The position numbers and the translations under genes are program-made. A stretch of 64,000 nt of DNA. Origin: a virus (lineage: Duplodnaviria > Caudoviricetes). Position 1 is the first letter of the stretch; each line of letters begins with the position of its first letter. The stretch is taken from IMG/VR virus record IMGVR_UViG_3300042542_006078; one strand, given 5' to 3'. Shown here one piece after another: positions 38,121 through 48,842 of this stretch. A model generated the notes under the pieces. That model had not been told where the DNA came from, did no database searches, and worked only from the letters and a program-made list of their open reading frames with translations.

Positions 38121-38690
38121 TCAAAAAGCATCCAAAGGTCCAGAACTGCCTCCAAGTGGTGGTGCTGCCATATCTTGTCCCGTGCTTCCTGTAGGAGGAG
38201 TTCCTTGCGGAGTTGCTTCCATTGTTTCAGGAGAGGCTGGGGCTCCTGCCGCAGCAGGAGGAGGTGCTGGTTCGGCTTTCTGGGGCTTGTTTTCTGTGCC
38301 AGCAGTTGTTTTTGCATCCTTGGTCTGGTCTTTTGGAGATTCAGTTGGAGCTAATTTGTTGATTGGCGCACCTAAGTCCGAAACTAATTTCTCAAGAAGT
38401 CCCACAACAGCAGAAACAGTACCGGGAAGATCACTTTTTTCATCGATAGCTTTCATCAATGCTACACCAGCCTTTTGCAAAGTCAAAAGATTTGGCTGTT
38501 CATCTTTAGGCCAACTACTATGCAAAATTCTACGAATAAGGTTGACAATACGCATGGAGTATTGCGTTAAATCTCTTGTGCCCATATTAGGAGCATCATC
38601 ACGCAATTCCTGTAAAGCGGCGAGTATGTCGCCTACTTTTTGGGCCAAATAAACCCTGTTTTCGTTAAGTAAAAAATCTTTGAATCTCAT
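38121..38690 (-). CDS. CTS-like protein with Pro/Ala-rich tail
   Basis: MRFKDFLLNE; TAGATA (minus strand, 38695-38700) 4 nt upstream. Confidence 0.75.
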   Translation of the reverse strand: MRFKDFLLNENRVYLAQKVGDILAALQELRDDAPNMGTRDLTQYSMRIVNLIRRILHSSWPKDEQPNLLTLQKAGVALMKAIDEKSDLPGTVSAVVGLLEKLVSDLGAPINKLAPTESPKDQTKDAKTTAGTENKPQKAEPAPPPAAAGAPASPETMEATPQGTPPTGSTGQDMAAPPLGGSSGPLDAF

Positions 38691-40327
38691 ATTTTATCTA
38701 TAGTTGCGACATTTGTTTTATTTTTCATAGCAGCCGCTACTAATCCCTTAAAAAGAGGCGAAGCTGATAACAAACGAGACTTAAATTCAGGATGTGCCTG
38801 AGTACCAATAAAATAAGGATGAATAGACTTATCCATCTCCATGATCTCTACCAGCCCCGATCCTACACTTACTCCAGAAACAAAAAATCCTTTTTTGGCA
38901 TATTGTTCAATATAATTTGGATTAACTTCGTAACGATGACGGTGTCTTTCATAAATTATCTTTTTGCCATAAAGATTAAAAGCTAAACTATCCTTATTAA
39001 GCTCGCATTCATATGCTCCCAATCTCATGTTCGCAGATTTCTTTTGCAATTTCTCTTGTCCATCAACAAAATGAACAACTGGATTAGAAGTGTTTTTATC
39101 AAACTCAAGACTGTTTGCATCTGCCATTCCACAAACATTTCTAGCAAATTCAACAACAGCCATTTGAAGACCAAGACAAATTCCTAAAAATGGAATTTTT
39201 CTTTCACGGCAATACTGGATTGCTTTTATTTTACCTTCAGTACCCCTGTTATCAAAACCGCCGGGAATAATTACACCATCTAAACCTTCAAAATATTTAT
39301 GAAGACTACATATATCTTTGTATTTTTCAATTTCTTCTGCCTTAATCCAACGAATATTTACCTTTACATCATTCGCTACACCAGCATGAATTAAAGCTTC
39401 TTTAAGGCTCATGTAAGCTTCATCGCAATTGTCATACTTGCCAAATACACCAATTTCAATTGCTTTTTCATGATTGCCAACATATTTCTCTACAACATCA
39501 CGATACTTGTGAATGCGACAAGAGCTTCTGTTAAGTCTAAATAAGTCAACAAACAAATCATCAACATGACGATTGTAAAATTCCAAAGGAACCTGATAAA
39601 TGCTTGAAACATCAGGAGCCTCAAAAATACATTCTCTTTTTACATTCGTAAGTTGGCTTACCTTATTCAGAATTTTTTCTGGAACATGTTTATCTACACG
39701 ACAGAAAATAGCATCTGGCTGTAAACCATGTCTCTGTAATTCTTTCACAGCGTTCTGCAATGGTTTTGATTTGAACTCTTTGATTGTATTTACCCAGAGA
39801 ATAGGGGCAACCATTACAACAAGGACATCGTCCTTCAATTTCTGTTTGAATTGTCTCATGGCCTCAAAAAAGGCGTAGCTTTCGCTGTCTCCAACTGTGC
39901 CTCCTATTTCGGCAATCACAATATCCTTTTCTTTGCCGAGATCAAGAAGTCTTTCGTGTACCTTATCGGTGATGTGAGGACTAAGCTGTATTGTTTGGCC
40001 AAGATATTTGCCTGTTTCTTGTTCTTCAATTAATTCTTTGTACAAAGTGCCGCTTGTGCATATGTTCGATTTACTCATGTTGATACCGGCAATTCGCTCA
40101 TAATGGCCAAGATCAAGATCGGTTTCAGTACCGTCATCACAAAGGAAGCATTCTCCGTGTTCCCTTGGAGCAAGAATACCAGCATTCGTATTCAAATATG
40201 GATCAAACTTGATTAAATCGATTCTGTGTCCACGAAATTTGAGCAGCAAACCAATACTAGCAGCCGATACACCCTTACCTGTGCCGCTGATTACACCGCC
40301 AACGACAATTATATATTTGCACGACAT
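38687..40327 (-). CDS. pyrG: CTP synthase
   Basis: GKGVSAASIG, KFDPYLN, DLDLGHYER, GICLGLQ, ERHRHRYEVN, AHPEF. Confidence 0.97.
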   Translation of the reverse strand: MSCKYIIVVGGVISGTGKGVSAASIGLLLKFRGHRIDLIKFDPYLNTNAGILAPREHGECFLCDDGTETDLDLGHYERIAGINMSKSNICTSGTLYKELIEEQETGKYLGQTIQLSPHITDKVHERLLDLGKEKDIVIAEIGGTVGDSESYAFFEAMRQFKQKLKDDVLVVMVAPILWVNTIKEFKSKPLQNAVKELQRHGLQPDAIFCRVDKHVPEKILNKVSQLTNVKRECIFEAPDVSSIYQVPLEFYNRHVDDLFVDLFRLNRSSCRIHKYRDVVEKYVGNHEKAIEIGVFGKYDNCDEAYMSLKEALIHAGVANDVKVNIRWIKAEEIEKYKDICSLHKYFEGLDGVIIPGGFDNRGTEGKIKAIQYCRERKIPFLGICLGLQMAVVEFARNVCGMADANSLEFDKNTSNPVVHFVDGQEKLQKKSANMRLGAYECELNKDSLAFNLYGKKIIYERHRHRYEVNPNYIEQYAKKGFFVSGVSVGSGLVEIMEMDKSIHPYFIGTQAHPEFKSRLLSASPLFKGLVAAAMKNKTNVATIDKI

Positions 40328-40399
40328 TATCTTTACCTCTTGCTTAAGAGAGTATCGTAGCAAAAATCAGAGAATTTTACAAGAAAAGAATGATGGAAT

Positions 40400-41035
40400 T
40401 CAGTTCAATCTTGCGTAAATCATGTAGCAGCAAGTGTCTATATGCAGCTTTTCGAGTACACATTCATATCCTAATTTTTTGAATCTGTCTAAAATTGCAA
40501 GAGTAAAATAACATTCTTGTAATCTATCAGCAAAAAATCCGCATGAGTGTGTTTCAATAGCCCATTGTTTTACTTTCAGGATATTATCATCAGATTCATT
40601 CAAAATGAAAGCAAACTCAAAACCTTCAACATCTAATTTAAGAAAATCAATATTTTTTAACTCGTATTTTTTCAATATTTTTGCCAAATCAACTTGTTCT
40701 TTTGGCGTATTATCGCTTAAATATTTTATATCTCTATTATTTACAAGCGCATTTACAGGTACAATTTTTTTAATTTTTTTGGAATTTTTGACAAGATACT
40801 CATAAACACTTGGATCAAATTCAAAACTTATGATCTTTTTGGCTTTTTTACTTGCTGCAAGTAGACTGAAGATTCCAATACTTGCTCCACAGTCTACTAC
40901 AACATCTCCTTCTTTTATGTTCAGACCATGACGGAAATACTCTTGGTCTTCCCATATTTCTTTGTGAAATTTTTTATACATTTCAACAGTTTGCTCGCCC
41001 CAAGAGGGATTGAGCTTAAAATCTGAAAATTCCAT
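40400..41035 (-). CDS. FkbM-family methyltransferase
   Basis: VVDCGASIGIFS, IDFLKLDVEGFE. Confidence 0.85.
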   Translation of the reverse strand: MEFSDFKLNPSWGEQTVEMYKKFHKEIWEDQEYFRHGLNIKEGDVVVDCGASIGIFSLLAASKKAKKIISFEFDPSVYEYLVKNSKKIKKIVPVNALVNNRDIKYLSDNTPKEQVDLAKILKKYELKNIDFLKLDVEGFEFAFILNESDDNILKVKQWAIETHSCGFFADRLQECYFTLAILDRFKKLGYECVLEKLHIDTCCYMIYARLN

Positions 41036-41049
41036 AAGTATTTCCTTCC

Positions 41050-42693
41050 TTACTGGCAACTCTTACATTCAAGAATATTTCTTGCAAAAACTTGAGCCGC
41101 ATTTACAGACATCTGATAATATAAAGACTTAATTCCAAGTTTCCAAGCCTCTACCAATAAAGCATTTACATCCTTAGTTGGGACACTTGGGTGAATCATT
41201 AAATTCAAAGACTGACCCTGATCGATATATTGCTGTCTCTGTGCAGCCTGAATAATAATTTCTTTTGGACTAATTTCGGCAAAAGTCTTGAATACATCCT
41301 TTTCCTTTTCTGAAAGGAAATCAAGATGCTGGACACTTCCTCCGTTCATGAGGATGCTCTTCCAAACATCATCAGTGTCTTTGCCCTTTTCCTTCAATAA
41401 CTTCTCAAGTTCAACATTCTTAATCGTGAATTTGCCTTTCTGCAAATCCTTGATGTAATAATTTGTACGATGAGGCTCAATACCTTCTGAAACTTGGCCA
41501 AGAATAAATGCAGACGACTTGGTTGGAGCAATTGCCATCAAAGTTGTATTGCGACGACCATAGCCTTTGCAAACTTCTGGCTCACCATATTCCTGAGCCA
41601 ACTTTGCACTCGCAGCATATGCCTTTTCTTTGATATTCATAGCAATCTGCACATTTTCAAATTTGGCTTCCATGCTTTCCCAAGGAATCATCTTGCTTTG
41701 CAAATAACTGTGCCATCCTAGCCAGCCAATTCCCAAAGCACGATGTCTTTCTGCAAAACGAACAGGTCTTTCCATGAACTTGATATTCTTAGCCTTATCA
41801 ATGAACTCAGTCATCACAGCATCTAGAAGATACACCAATAGCTCAACAGCATCTGTATCTTTCCATTCATCATAGTAAAGAATATTCATACTACTGAGGT
41901 CGCAAACAAAAGATTCTTCTTCGTTGTTTGCCAAAAAAATCTCACAGCATAAGTTGCTATGTGTTATTTTCATTCCTTTATCTTTATAACAATCAGCAGT
42001 ATTATTGTTAGCATTGTCTGTAAAGATGATATATGGATATCCAAGATTAGCACGGGTTTCTAAAACCTTGGCCCAAATCTTACGCTTTTCTGAATCGCCA
42101 TCGACCATTTCTTGCATCCAGTAATCTGGTACGCACACACCATAAGAAAGGTCTTGAATTGGAAAGCCTTCTGTTCTTAATTGAAGAAATTCCATGATGT
42201 CAGGATGATCAATTGGAAGATAAGCTGCAAAGTTGCCACGGCGAGTCTTGCCCTGACTGACAACATTGATGAGATTATCAAAAGCTTGCATAAAATGTAC
42301 AGAACCAGAACTTTCGCCGTTCTGTTTGATTTTAGCGCCACGGGGTCTTAAGTTGCCAAAATATCCACTTGTTCCCCCTCCATGCTTAGTCATCATGGCG
42401 ACTTCAGACCAAGTGAATGCAATTGATTCCATAGAATCACTTATAAAAGACCCGAAACAAGAAATCGGCAATCCTCGATCATTGCCGAAGTTTGTCCAAA
42501 TCGGAGTGGAAAAGCTATACCAACCCTTTTTGAAATTGTCTTGGAAACGCTTTGCGAATCCCGGTTTGTTCAATATTTTTTCTGCTGCGTTGCAAATCTC
42601 TGAAACACGATCATCAACACTTTGACCATCGACGAGATAATCTCTTTCGAGAAAAATACGGGAAAGGTCGGTGAGCCATCTGTAATCTGACAT
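41050..42693 (-). CDS. nrdA: Ribonucleotide reductase class I alpha subunit (no ATP cone)
   Basis: STPIW, PISCF, RRGNFAAY, SNLCCE, AIAPTKSS, DQGQSLNL, C-terminal CKSCQ. Confidence 0.95.
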   Translation of the reverse strand: MSDYRWLTDLSRIFLERDYLVDGQSVDDRVSEICNAAEKILNKPGFAKRFQDNFKKGWYSFSTPIWTNFGNDRGLPISCFGSFISDSMESIAFTWSEVAMMTKHGGGTSGYFGNLRPRGAKIKQNGESSGSVHFMQAFDNLINVVSQGKTRRGNFAAYLPIDHPDIMEFLQLRTEGFPIQDLSYGVCVPDYWMQEMVDGDSEKRKIWAKVLETRANLGYPYIIFTDNANNNTADCYKDKGMKITHSNLCCEIFLANNEEESFVCDLSSMNILYYDEWKDTDAVELLVYLLDAVMTEFIDKAKNIKFMERPVRFAERHRALGIGWLGWHSYLQSKMIPWESMEAKFENVQIAMNIKEKAYAASAKLAQEYGEPEVCKGYGRRNTTLMAIAPTKSSAFILGQVSEGIEPHRTNYYIKDLQKGKFTIKNVELEKLLKEKGKDTDDVWKSILMNGGSVQHLDFLSEKEKDVFKTFAEISPKEIIIQAAQRQQYIDQGQSLNLMIHPSVPTKDVNALLVEAWKLGIKSLYYQMSVNAAQVFARNILECKSCQ

Positions 42694-43667
42694 TAGAATA
42701 AATCCTCCGCTGTAAATGACTTGGTGAACTTGGAATAAGTGACAGGTTTCTTGTGAAAGAAATCAGTGTTCACTTCGGCATGAATTTCGTCTTCAAACCA
42801 TTTTAGGTTGATCAGTTTTTTCATATCAACATCAAAATGTTTCTTTGCGCCAATCATTTCAAGACTTTCATTGAAACGATGCTTGACGAATTCCTTTACC
42901 GAATCCTTGGCGAGAAATGATAATTCGCCATTTTCAAAAATCCAATCAACAATTTTTGATTCAGATTCATAAGCTTTGGCGCAGGCTCTTTGGAGCTTCT
43001 CATAAAAATCATCATTAAACCAATCTGGATATTCTTTTTTAATTTGTTTAATTATATAAACACCAAGAAGAGCATGAATCGCCTCTTCTTTTTGAGTAGC
43101 TTGCACAACATTGTCGATATCTTTCAAGCAATTCATGTGTTTATTGAAAGATTTGATGATCAAAAACTGAGAAAACAAACTTACATTCTCGATAAATATA
43201 CTGAACAATGCCAATGTAAGAGTGTATTTTTCGTTGCTATTATCTGAAGCGCCTTTCAGATACTTTGTAAGATAATCAACTCTACCTTGTATGACAGGAT
43301 TCTGGAGTAATTGATCGAATTCATTGTTCATCCCAAGAACTTCGAGAAGGTGGGAGTATGCATCGGCATGACGAACTTCTGATTCGCCAAATGTAACGCC
43401 AACTTGTTCAAATTCGGCCTTGGGAAATCGATCACCAAGTCTGGTCCAGAACTTCTTGACTGATATTTCAATCTGCGAGATGGCGAGCATTGCGTTCTTA
43501 AGAACACTTTTTTGAACATCGTTCAATTTAACATTGAAATCATGAATGTCAGAAATGAAGTTCCATTCACTCACAAGCCAATAGCTGTGATTGATTGCAT
43601 TCTTATATTCAATAATTTCAGGATACTCAAAAGGCTTAAATGCCACTCTTTTGTCGAAAATACTCAT
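42693..43667 (-). CDS. nrdB: Ribonucleotide reductase class I beta subunit
   Basis: KPFEYP, ESEVRHADAY, ENVSLFSQF, EEAIH, DFF. Confidence 0.95.
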   Translation of the reverse strand: MSIFDKRVAFKPFEYPEIIEYKNAINHSYWLVSEWNFISDIHDFNVKLNDVQKSVLKNAMLAISQIEISVKKFWTRLGDRFPKAEFEQVGVTFGESEVRHADAYSHLLEVLGMNNEFDQLLQNPVIQGRVDYLTKYLKGASDNSNEKYTLTLALFSIFIENVSLFSQFLIIKSFNKHMNCLKDIDNVVQATQKEEAIHALLGVYIIKQIKKEYPDWFNDDFYEKLQRACAKAYESESKIVDWIFENGELSFLAKDSVKEFVKHRFNESLEMIGAKKHFDVDMKKLINLKWFEDEIHAEVNTDFFHKKPVTYSKFTKSFTAEDLF

Positions 43668-43695
43668 TTTTTTCCTTCCTCACCCAAACGATGAG

Positions 43696-43724
43696 TTTAT
43701 AACAATACCGGGAAGTTATCTAAA
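43696..43724 (-). promoter_or_regulatory. Possible sigma70-like promoter for nrdBA
   Basis: Minus strand TTTAGA-17-TATAAA with extended TG. Confidence 0.4.
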
Positions 43725-43756
43725 CAGCAATCAGAAAAATTTTGAAAAATATTTTG

Positions 43757-45820
43757 CTAAACAACCAATTTCGTGAACCCATTTTCGTGCATAAGTTTCA
43801 ATGTGTCAGCGGTTTGCAACATTCTGATTAAATCGTGATCGTGCGTGGTAACAAACACTTGTCTTTCTTCTGCCAATTCGCAAATCATATTATAAATGCC
43901 TTGAACTCCCAACGGGTCAACATTGGTGCTTACTTCATCTAAAAAAACTATAGATGGTATAGATCCTGAACTTAGCATCATGATGTGAGCGAAGCTTTGG
44001 CTGACAGCTAAGTTTAATCTTCTTCTCTGTCCTGTTGACATGGCATGATAAACATAAGGATTGCCATCAATAGGATTTCTTTCAATAATTTCATTTAATT
44101 CATTGTCAAACTTAAGCGTGATTCTATTGTCAATCAAAAACTGAAGCCAGTAGTTGATACGATTGTTGAGTTCTGGAATTACTCCATCAACAACCCACTT
44201 GCGAATACCATTGTCGCCAAAGCCTGTGATCCAGTAATCGTAATAAGGAAGTTCTGCTTCAAGATCTTTAACTTCTTTTTCTTTATCGGACACTTTTTCT
44301 ATCGCCTTGTTTAATTCTGTCTTGTCATTTTCAAGTATTTCCTTAAATGGAGTGTCGCCTTTTATCTCTTTTGCCTTGTCTTCAATTTGCTTTTTGAAAT
44401 TTTCAATCTTTTCCTGAAGCAACGCTTCGCTATTGTCAACTTTTGGTTCACGAACTTGAGATGATTTAACAAGTTCGTTTCTTAAGGAACTGAGTTCTTT
44501 ATCTAAGGCACTAATGTTTGAAACAAAATTATCGATAAACTTTTTTATTTTTTCTTGTTTCTCTTTGATGGAATCAGCCTTCTTTTGGACTTCTTTTCCG
44601 CTATCGACAATTTCCTTTAATTCATTATTAATTAGAACAATTTCAGAGTTCAACTTTTCAATATATTCGCTGAGATTTTCTTCGTTTATTTCGCCTTTGC
44701 ACTTATCACATTTTGTTCCCGGTATGTTTGATTTTAAGTTCTTAATCTCTTGTTCTTTAATTTGCCTGTTTGCAACGAGATTTTTTGCTTTCTTAGATAC
44801 TTCTTGATAATCTTCACCTACAATCTGGGCCTCTGTTTTAATTTCGTTTTCTTTGTTTCTGGCAAGAGCAAGTTTTTCTTCAGATTCTTTTTTAGACTTT
44901 TCCTTTTCAGGCATGATTTCGTTGATTTCTTTGATTTTTTCTTGTGCTTTTTGATAGGCCAACAATGCTGCGCCATTGTCTGACTGGCCTAGCATTTCTG
45001 TGAATTTCTGGCTACTTTTGATCAATATTTCAAGTTCATTCTTCTTGTCTTCCTTCCATTTGTTTTCCTTTTGTTTTGTTAAATCCAGCCTTCTAACTGC
45101 ATCATCTTTACTATTGATTAGCAGAGCATATTCTTTAGATTTGATATCAATTTTTGACTTAATTTCTTTTCTAAGATTCTTGGCATTTTCAGACCATTCT
45201 CTATAGATTCCAAGAGACAACATGTTCTCAACTATTTCTTTTTTCTGTTTGTTTTCGCATTCTAAAAAACAAGCTCTCTGATCATCTGTGAAAACAGACA
45301 TATTGATGAATGCTTCGTAAGAAAGGCCGATTATTTCTTCGATTTTTTTTTGAGTAAGAGACATTGTTCCCTGTGTGATTTCATTTTGTTTGTCCCAAAC
45401 TCCCTCTTTGCTTTCCCACAATCGAAGTGAATTTTTGGTGTCTTTGCCACCTTCTTTCCTAGTTCTAATGATTCTAAAATCATCGAAAATCAATTCCACT
45501 TTGGCATCTTTTCCTACTTTATTGTGTACCACATCATTTGCTCCGAGCTTTTCTGGTCTTTTTACCGTTTTGCCAAAAAGACCATAAGTGATAATTTCTT
45601 GTATGCTGCTTTTACCAGTACCATTACTGCTGACTTTCATTTCTTCTGATTGAACGATTGCATCGCCAATTAGATTTTTGGATTCAACCGATTTTGCGTC
45701 TTTATTTTCGCCACGAACAAGAACTATATTTTTGTATTTATCAAAATGCAGTTCTATGCCTTCGGGACCAAAAGGGAGAAAGTTGTATGCTGCTGCAAAC
45801 TTGAAGCGAAGATTCTTCAT
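43757..45820 (-). CDS. SbcC/Rad50/gp46-like recombination ATPase
   Basis: SNGTGKS, central coiled coil with CDKC hook, MSTGQRRR, FLDE, VTTH. Confidence 0.93.
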   Translation of the reverse strand: MKNLRFKFAAAYNFLPFGPEGIELHFDKYKNIVLVRGENKDAKSVESKNLIGDAIVQSEEMKVSSNGTGKSSIQEIITYGLFGKTVKRPEKLGANDVVHNKVGKDAKVELIFDDFRIIRTRKEGGKDTKNSLRLWESKEGVWDKQNEITQGTMSLTQKKIEEIIGLSYEAFINMSVFTDDQRACFLECENKQKKEIVENMLSLGIYREWSENAKNLRKEIKSKIDIKSKEYALLINSKDDAVRRLDLTKQKENKWKEDKKNELEILIKSSQKFTEMLGQSDNGAALLAYQKAQEKIKEINEIMPEKEKSKKESEEKLALARNKENEIKTEAQIVGEDYQEVSKKAKNLVANRQIKEQEIKNLKSNIPGTKCDKCKGEINEENLSEYIEKLNSEIVLINNELKEIVDSGKEVQKKADSIKEKQEKIKKFIDNFVSNISALDKELSSLRNELVKSSQVREPKVDNSEALLQEKIENFKKQIEDKAKEIKGDTPFKEILENDKTELNKAIEKVSDKEKEVKDLEAELPYYDYWITGFGDNGIRKWVVDGVIPELNNRINYWLQFLIDNRITLKFDNELNEIIERNPIDGNPYVYHAMSTGQRRRLNLAVSQSFAHIMMLSSGSIPSIVFLDEVSTNVDPLGVQGIYNMICELAEERQVFVTTHDHDLIRMLQTADTLKLMHENGFTKLVV

Positions 45821-45914
45821 GTTGTAATCCTGAAATTGACCGTAGATCTGGAAGACGGACTTTGTGCTTAATGTGAGCTACTTTAACAGGATTTCAGGAC
45901 CAAGTCAAATAAGA

Positions 45915-46637
45915 TTAATTTTCAGATTCTTGAGAGAGTCTAATATTCTTTACCAGTCTTCTCGACACACCAACTTTCTTGTTATGTGCGTATTTTTCAA
46001 ACAATTCTTTGTGTTTTTCGGAAAACAACAAGCTCTTGTTTTGGCACAGTTTTTTAAGTATTCCGGTTGGATGTATTGCAAGCTGTTCGATATCGTGAAA
46101 AATCAAATTATTTTTATTGTCTTTGAGGTCTGGTAAATTTATAAAATTATATTTGTTGTCTATAAAACTTATTTCAGATTCAAAAAATTTCAACATACAT
46201 TCTGTTTTGTTGTGATCTTTTAGGACGGCTGTCATATTGTGAACTGTGCCGTATTTCTTCCAAGAGATACTATTGCCGCCTACAAAACCGGGGTTTTTGT
46301 TTTTAGTCATCAACAAATTGTCTTCAATCATATCAAAAACTTCATCAATTGGTTTTTGAAACCAAACATCGGCATCGTAATAAACAAAATTTCCATCAAT
46401 TTCATTGGCCAATTTAGCAATCGTGTTAAGAGAAGCATTTCTGATTGTTGAATCTTTATTGCCTTCGTGAATGATTGCATCAAAGCTTTTTATTTTTTCT
46501 TTTGTGGCATAACTTAAGCCAAAATCTATGATTACGGGTTTGCTTTGTGTTTGGGCCAAATCACGCAATGAGGCAAGCCAAGAAATACCCCAAGGATTCC
46601 AATATTTTTCATTCAGCCCTGTTATGATGAAATTCAA
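45915..46637 (-). CDS. GT-A-like glycosyltransferase (putative)
   Basis: VIIDFGLS, YYDADVWF, KYNF. Confidence 0.55.
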   Translation of the reverse strand: MNFIITGLNEKYWNPWGISWLASLRDLAQTQSKPVIIDFGLSYATKEKIKSFDAIIHEGNKDSTIRNASLNTIAKLANEIDGNFVYYDADVWFQKPIDEVFDMIEDNLLMTKNKNPGFVGGNSISWKKYGTVHNMTAVLKDHNKTECMLKFFESEISFIDNKYNFINLPDLKDNKNNLIFHDIEQLAIHPTGILKKLCQNKSLLFSEKHKELFEKYAHNKKVGVSRRLVKNIRLSQESEN

Positions 46638-46640
46638 GTT

Positions 46641-47696
46641 TTACTCCGTTTTGATGCATATTTTTTCGCCTATTGCGAGAAGTTTTTTAAGGTCGAGGCC
46701 ATCGTGTCCAACCTGATCCGCATACTTAGCAAGCATTTCATTGCCTTTATATAGAATAGCTTTTGCGTCTTGAATAATATGTTCATCAATTAATTTTTTC
46801 TGCTGTTTGATTTCCAAGCTCGCAAGAGTCTTGTTTTCCATTATTTCTTTCTTGACATTTATCAAATCAGTAGCACCTATATTATCAACTTTAATCTGGA
46901 CATAGTTTCCTTCAAGTTGATATTTGTCTTTATCGGCATAATTGACTACAAGATGCTTAGGGCTGAAATTATTTTCGATGTATTCTTTTTCACACTTTTC
47001 CTGATCAAACAAAATGATGTGTTTAGTTTGGAAAGCTTCTCCAAAACTTAACTGCAAAGGCGATCCTATGTACTCAACTTTCTTGTTAACCCTTTGTTCG
47101 GCATGATAGTGCCCCAAAAATGTGTATTTGTAGTGATCGAAAAGTGATGCGCTGATGTTTACCATGTCGCCATCATGTTCAATTGTGACATCGCTGTGTT
47201 GATTTCCATGCAATACTGCGCCATCAAGAGCAAGGTGTCCAAGAGCATATTCCATCGTACTGTGAAGATTTTTTAATTGTTCAAGAGATTCAATTGGATT
47301 ATGAGTATAAGGAATAAAGTCCCAATTGTGTCCATCGATATCTATTCTTGATGGCTTGCCGATGACTGTGATGTTTGGCAAAACAGAGAGAGGCATAACG
47401 CTACTTATGTTTGTCTTGTCATTAAACCATAAGTCATGATTGCCAAGAAGTAAATAAACATGAAATTTGTTCTTTTTTGAGTATTCTGCAAATATTTCAA
47501 ATGCTTTTTGGTAAGTGTAAATTTCTATCTTTTGACGATCATGGAAAAGATCGCCTCCAAATAGAACATAATTAATTCCTTTTTCTATGGCAGTATCAAA
47601 AACCCATCTTAATGCCGTGAGGCAATCTTCAAGTCTTTGATTGCTTCTCTTATGGGGATGGATATGCAAATCGCTAAACAACAGTAACTTTGACAT
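46641..47696 (-). CDS. SbcD/Mre11/gp47-like nuclease
   Basis: FSDLH, GGDLFH, GNHD, GHL, LGHYH, YIGSP. Confidence 0.93.
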   Translation of the reverse strand: MSKLLLFSDLHIHPHKRSNQRLEDCLTALRWVFDTAIEKGINYVLFGGDLFHDRQKIEIYTYQKAFEIFAEYSKKNKFHVYLLLGNHDLWFNDKTNISSVMPLSVLPNITVIGKPSRIDIDGHNWDFIPYTHNPIESLEQLKNLHSTMEYALGHLALDGAVLHGNQHSDVTIEHDGDMVNISASLFDHYKYTFLGHYHAEQRVNKKVEYIGSPLQLSFGEAFQTKHIILFDQEKCEKEYIENNFSPKHLVVNYADKDKYQLEGNYVQIKVDNIGATDLINVKKEIMENKTLASLEIKQQKKLIDEHIIQDAKAILYKGNEMLAKYADQVGHDGLDLKKLLAIGEKICIKTE

Positions 47697-47840
47697 GTGG
47701 CTCTCCTTTATTTGGTATTCTGCTAAAAAACAAAGAAAAAGCAATAGCGAATAATCATTTGCCTCAGAAATGTGCCAACAAAGGGACAAATGAACCTGAT
47801 TTGTAAGCTAAAATTAAACAACTCGATGATAAATAATGCA

Positions 47841-48335
47841 ATGATTAGCTTTTCTAGATTTCTTGATGCAAAAATCCTGTTAGAACAGGATGCTCCTCCC
47901 GGTGGTCCTCCCGGTGGCGGTCCTCCTCCCGGTGGTCCTCCCGGTGGCGGTCCTCCTCCCGGTGGTGCCCCACCAATGCCTATGCCTCCCGGTGGAGGAG
48001 GTGGTCCTCCCGGCGCTGGTCCAGCACCCGGTGGAGCAGGAGGTCAGGGTCCATCCAAGAAGCTAAAAGCAGTCAACCTTTGGGATGTTCTCCAAGACAT
48101 GTTTGATTCCGATTCAAAGGAAGGCGAAGAGGGTTCAGAAGACAAGGAAAAACAAGGCGAAGAAGATTCTAATCAAGATGGAGAAAAATCGCCAGATAAA
48201 GAGCTTCCTGATTCATCGGGGCCTGCCTTTGGGATGGCGGAGCCAGCAGCAGGCATGGATACGAGCATGGGTGCCTCTCCAGTTGGCTCTGCACCTGCTG
48301 CTCCAAGCGGCCAAGCTTCTCCCGGTATGGCATAA
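47841..48335 (+). CDS. CTS-like Pro/Gly-rich low-complexity protein
   Basis: MISFSRFLDAKILLE then PPGG repeats; TAAATA at 47830-47835. Confidence 0.7.
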   Translation: MISFSRFLDAKILLEQDAPPGGPPGGGPPPGGPPGGGPPPGGAPPMPMPPGGGGGPPGAGPAPGGAGGQGPSKKLKAVNLWDVLQDMFDSDSKEGEEGSEDKEKQGEEDSNQDGEKSPDKELPDSSGPAFGMAEPAAGMDTSMGASPVGSAPAAPSGQASPGMA

Positions 48336-48392
48336 TTTTTTTTGGTGATGCTGGATATAATTATTTAATTCAAAAACCTGTCACGAACCACC

Positions 48393-48842
48393 ATGAAAAA
48401 CTGTCTATCTATTGAACAAATCGAGTTTGTGTGCGAGTCTCTTAAAAACTGGTTTGATATTTGCCAAAAGAATGGCAAACAGATTAGTTCATCCACGATT
48501 GAAAACTCATCTCTTTTGAGAAGAATTCTTTCTGGTAAAAATCCTCATCCAGAAGCGCCTCCTTACAGGTTTGGATTTCCAGATTGGGAATTACTTGAAA
48601 ATGAAGAAATCCAGATTCAAGATTTATATGAAAACAACGATTTAATCACCATCGACAAGCATGATGGTTATATTTGGTTTGACAAAAGCAAAAAATTAAT
48701 TAGTTATCCTCGTCTGAATCTTACATTTGAATACATTGAGAAAGAAATAATTCCCGACCAAAGTTGTATTGTCGAAGGTTCTGATCCAACAGAATATAAA
48801 TACATTGCAAAATTCCTAAAGAGAATCCTAAATAATTCATGA
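48393..48842 (+). CDS. Hypothetical protein
   Basis: 149-aa ORF. Confidence 0.6.
   Translation: MKNCLSIEQIEFVCESLKNWFDICQKNGKQISSSTIENSSLLRRILSGKNPHPEAPPYRFGFPDWELLENEEIQIQDLYENNDLITIDKHDGYIWFDKSKKLISYPRLNLTFEYIEKEIIPDQSCIVEGSDPTEYKYIAKFLKRILNNS

Noticed and set aside
41050-43667. Introns or inteins in nrdA/nrdB
   Set aside because: Both frames are continuous and of expected or short length
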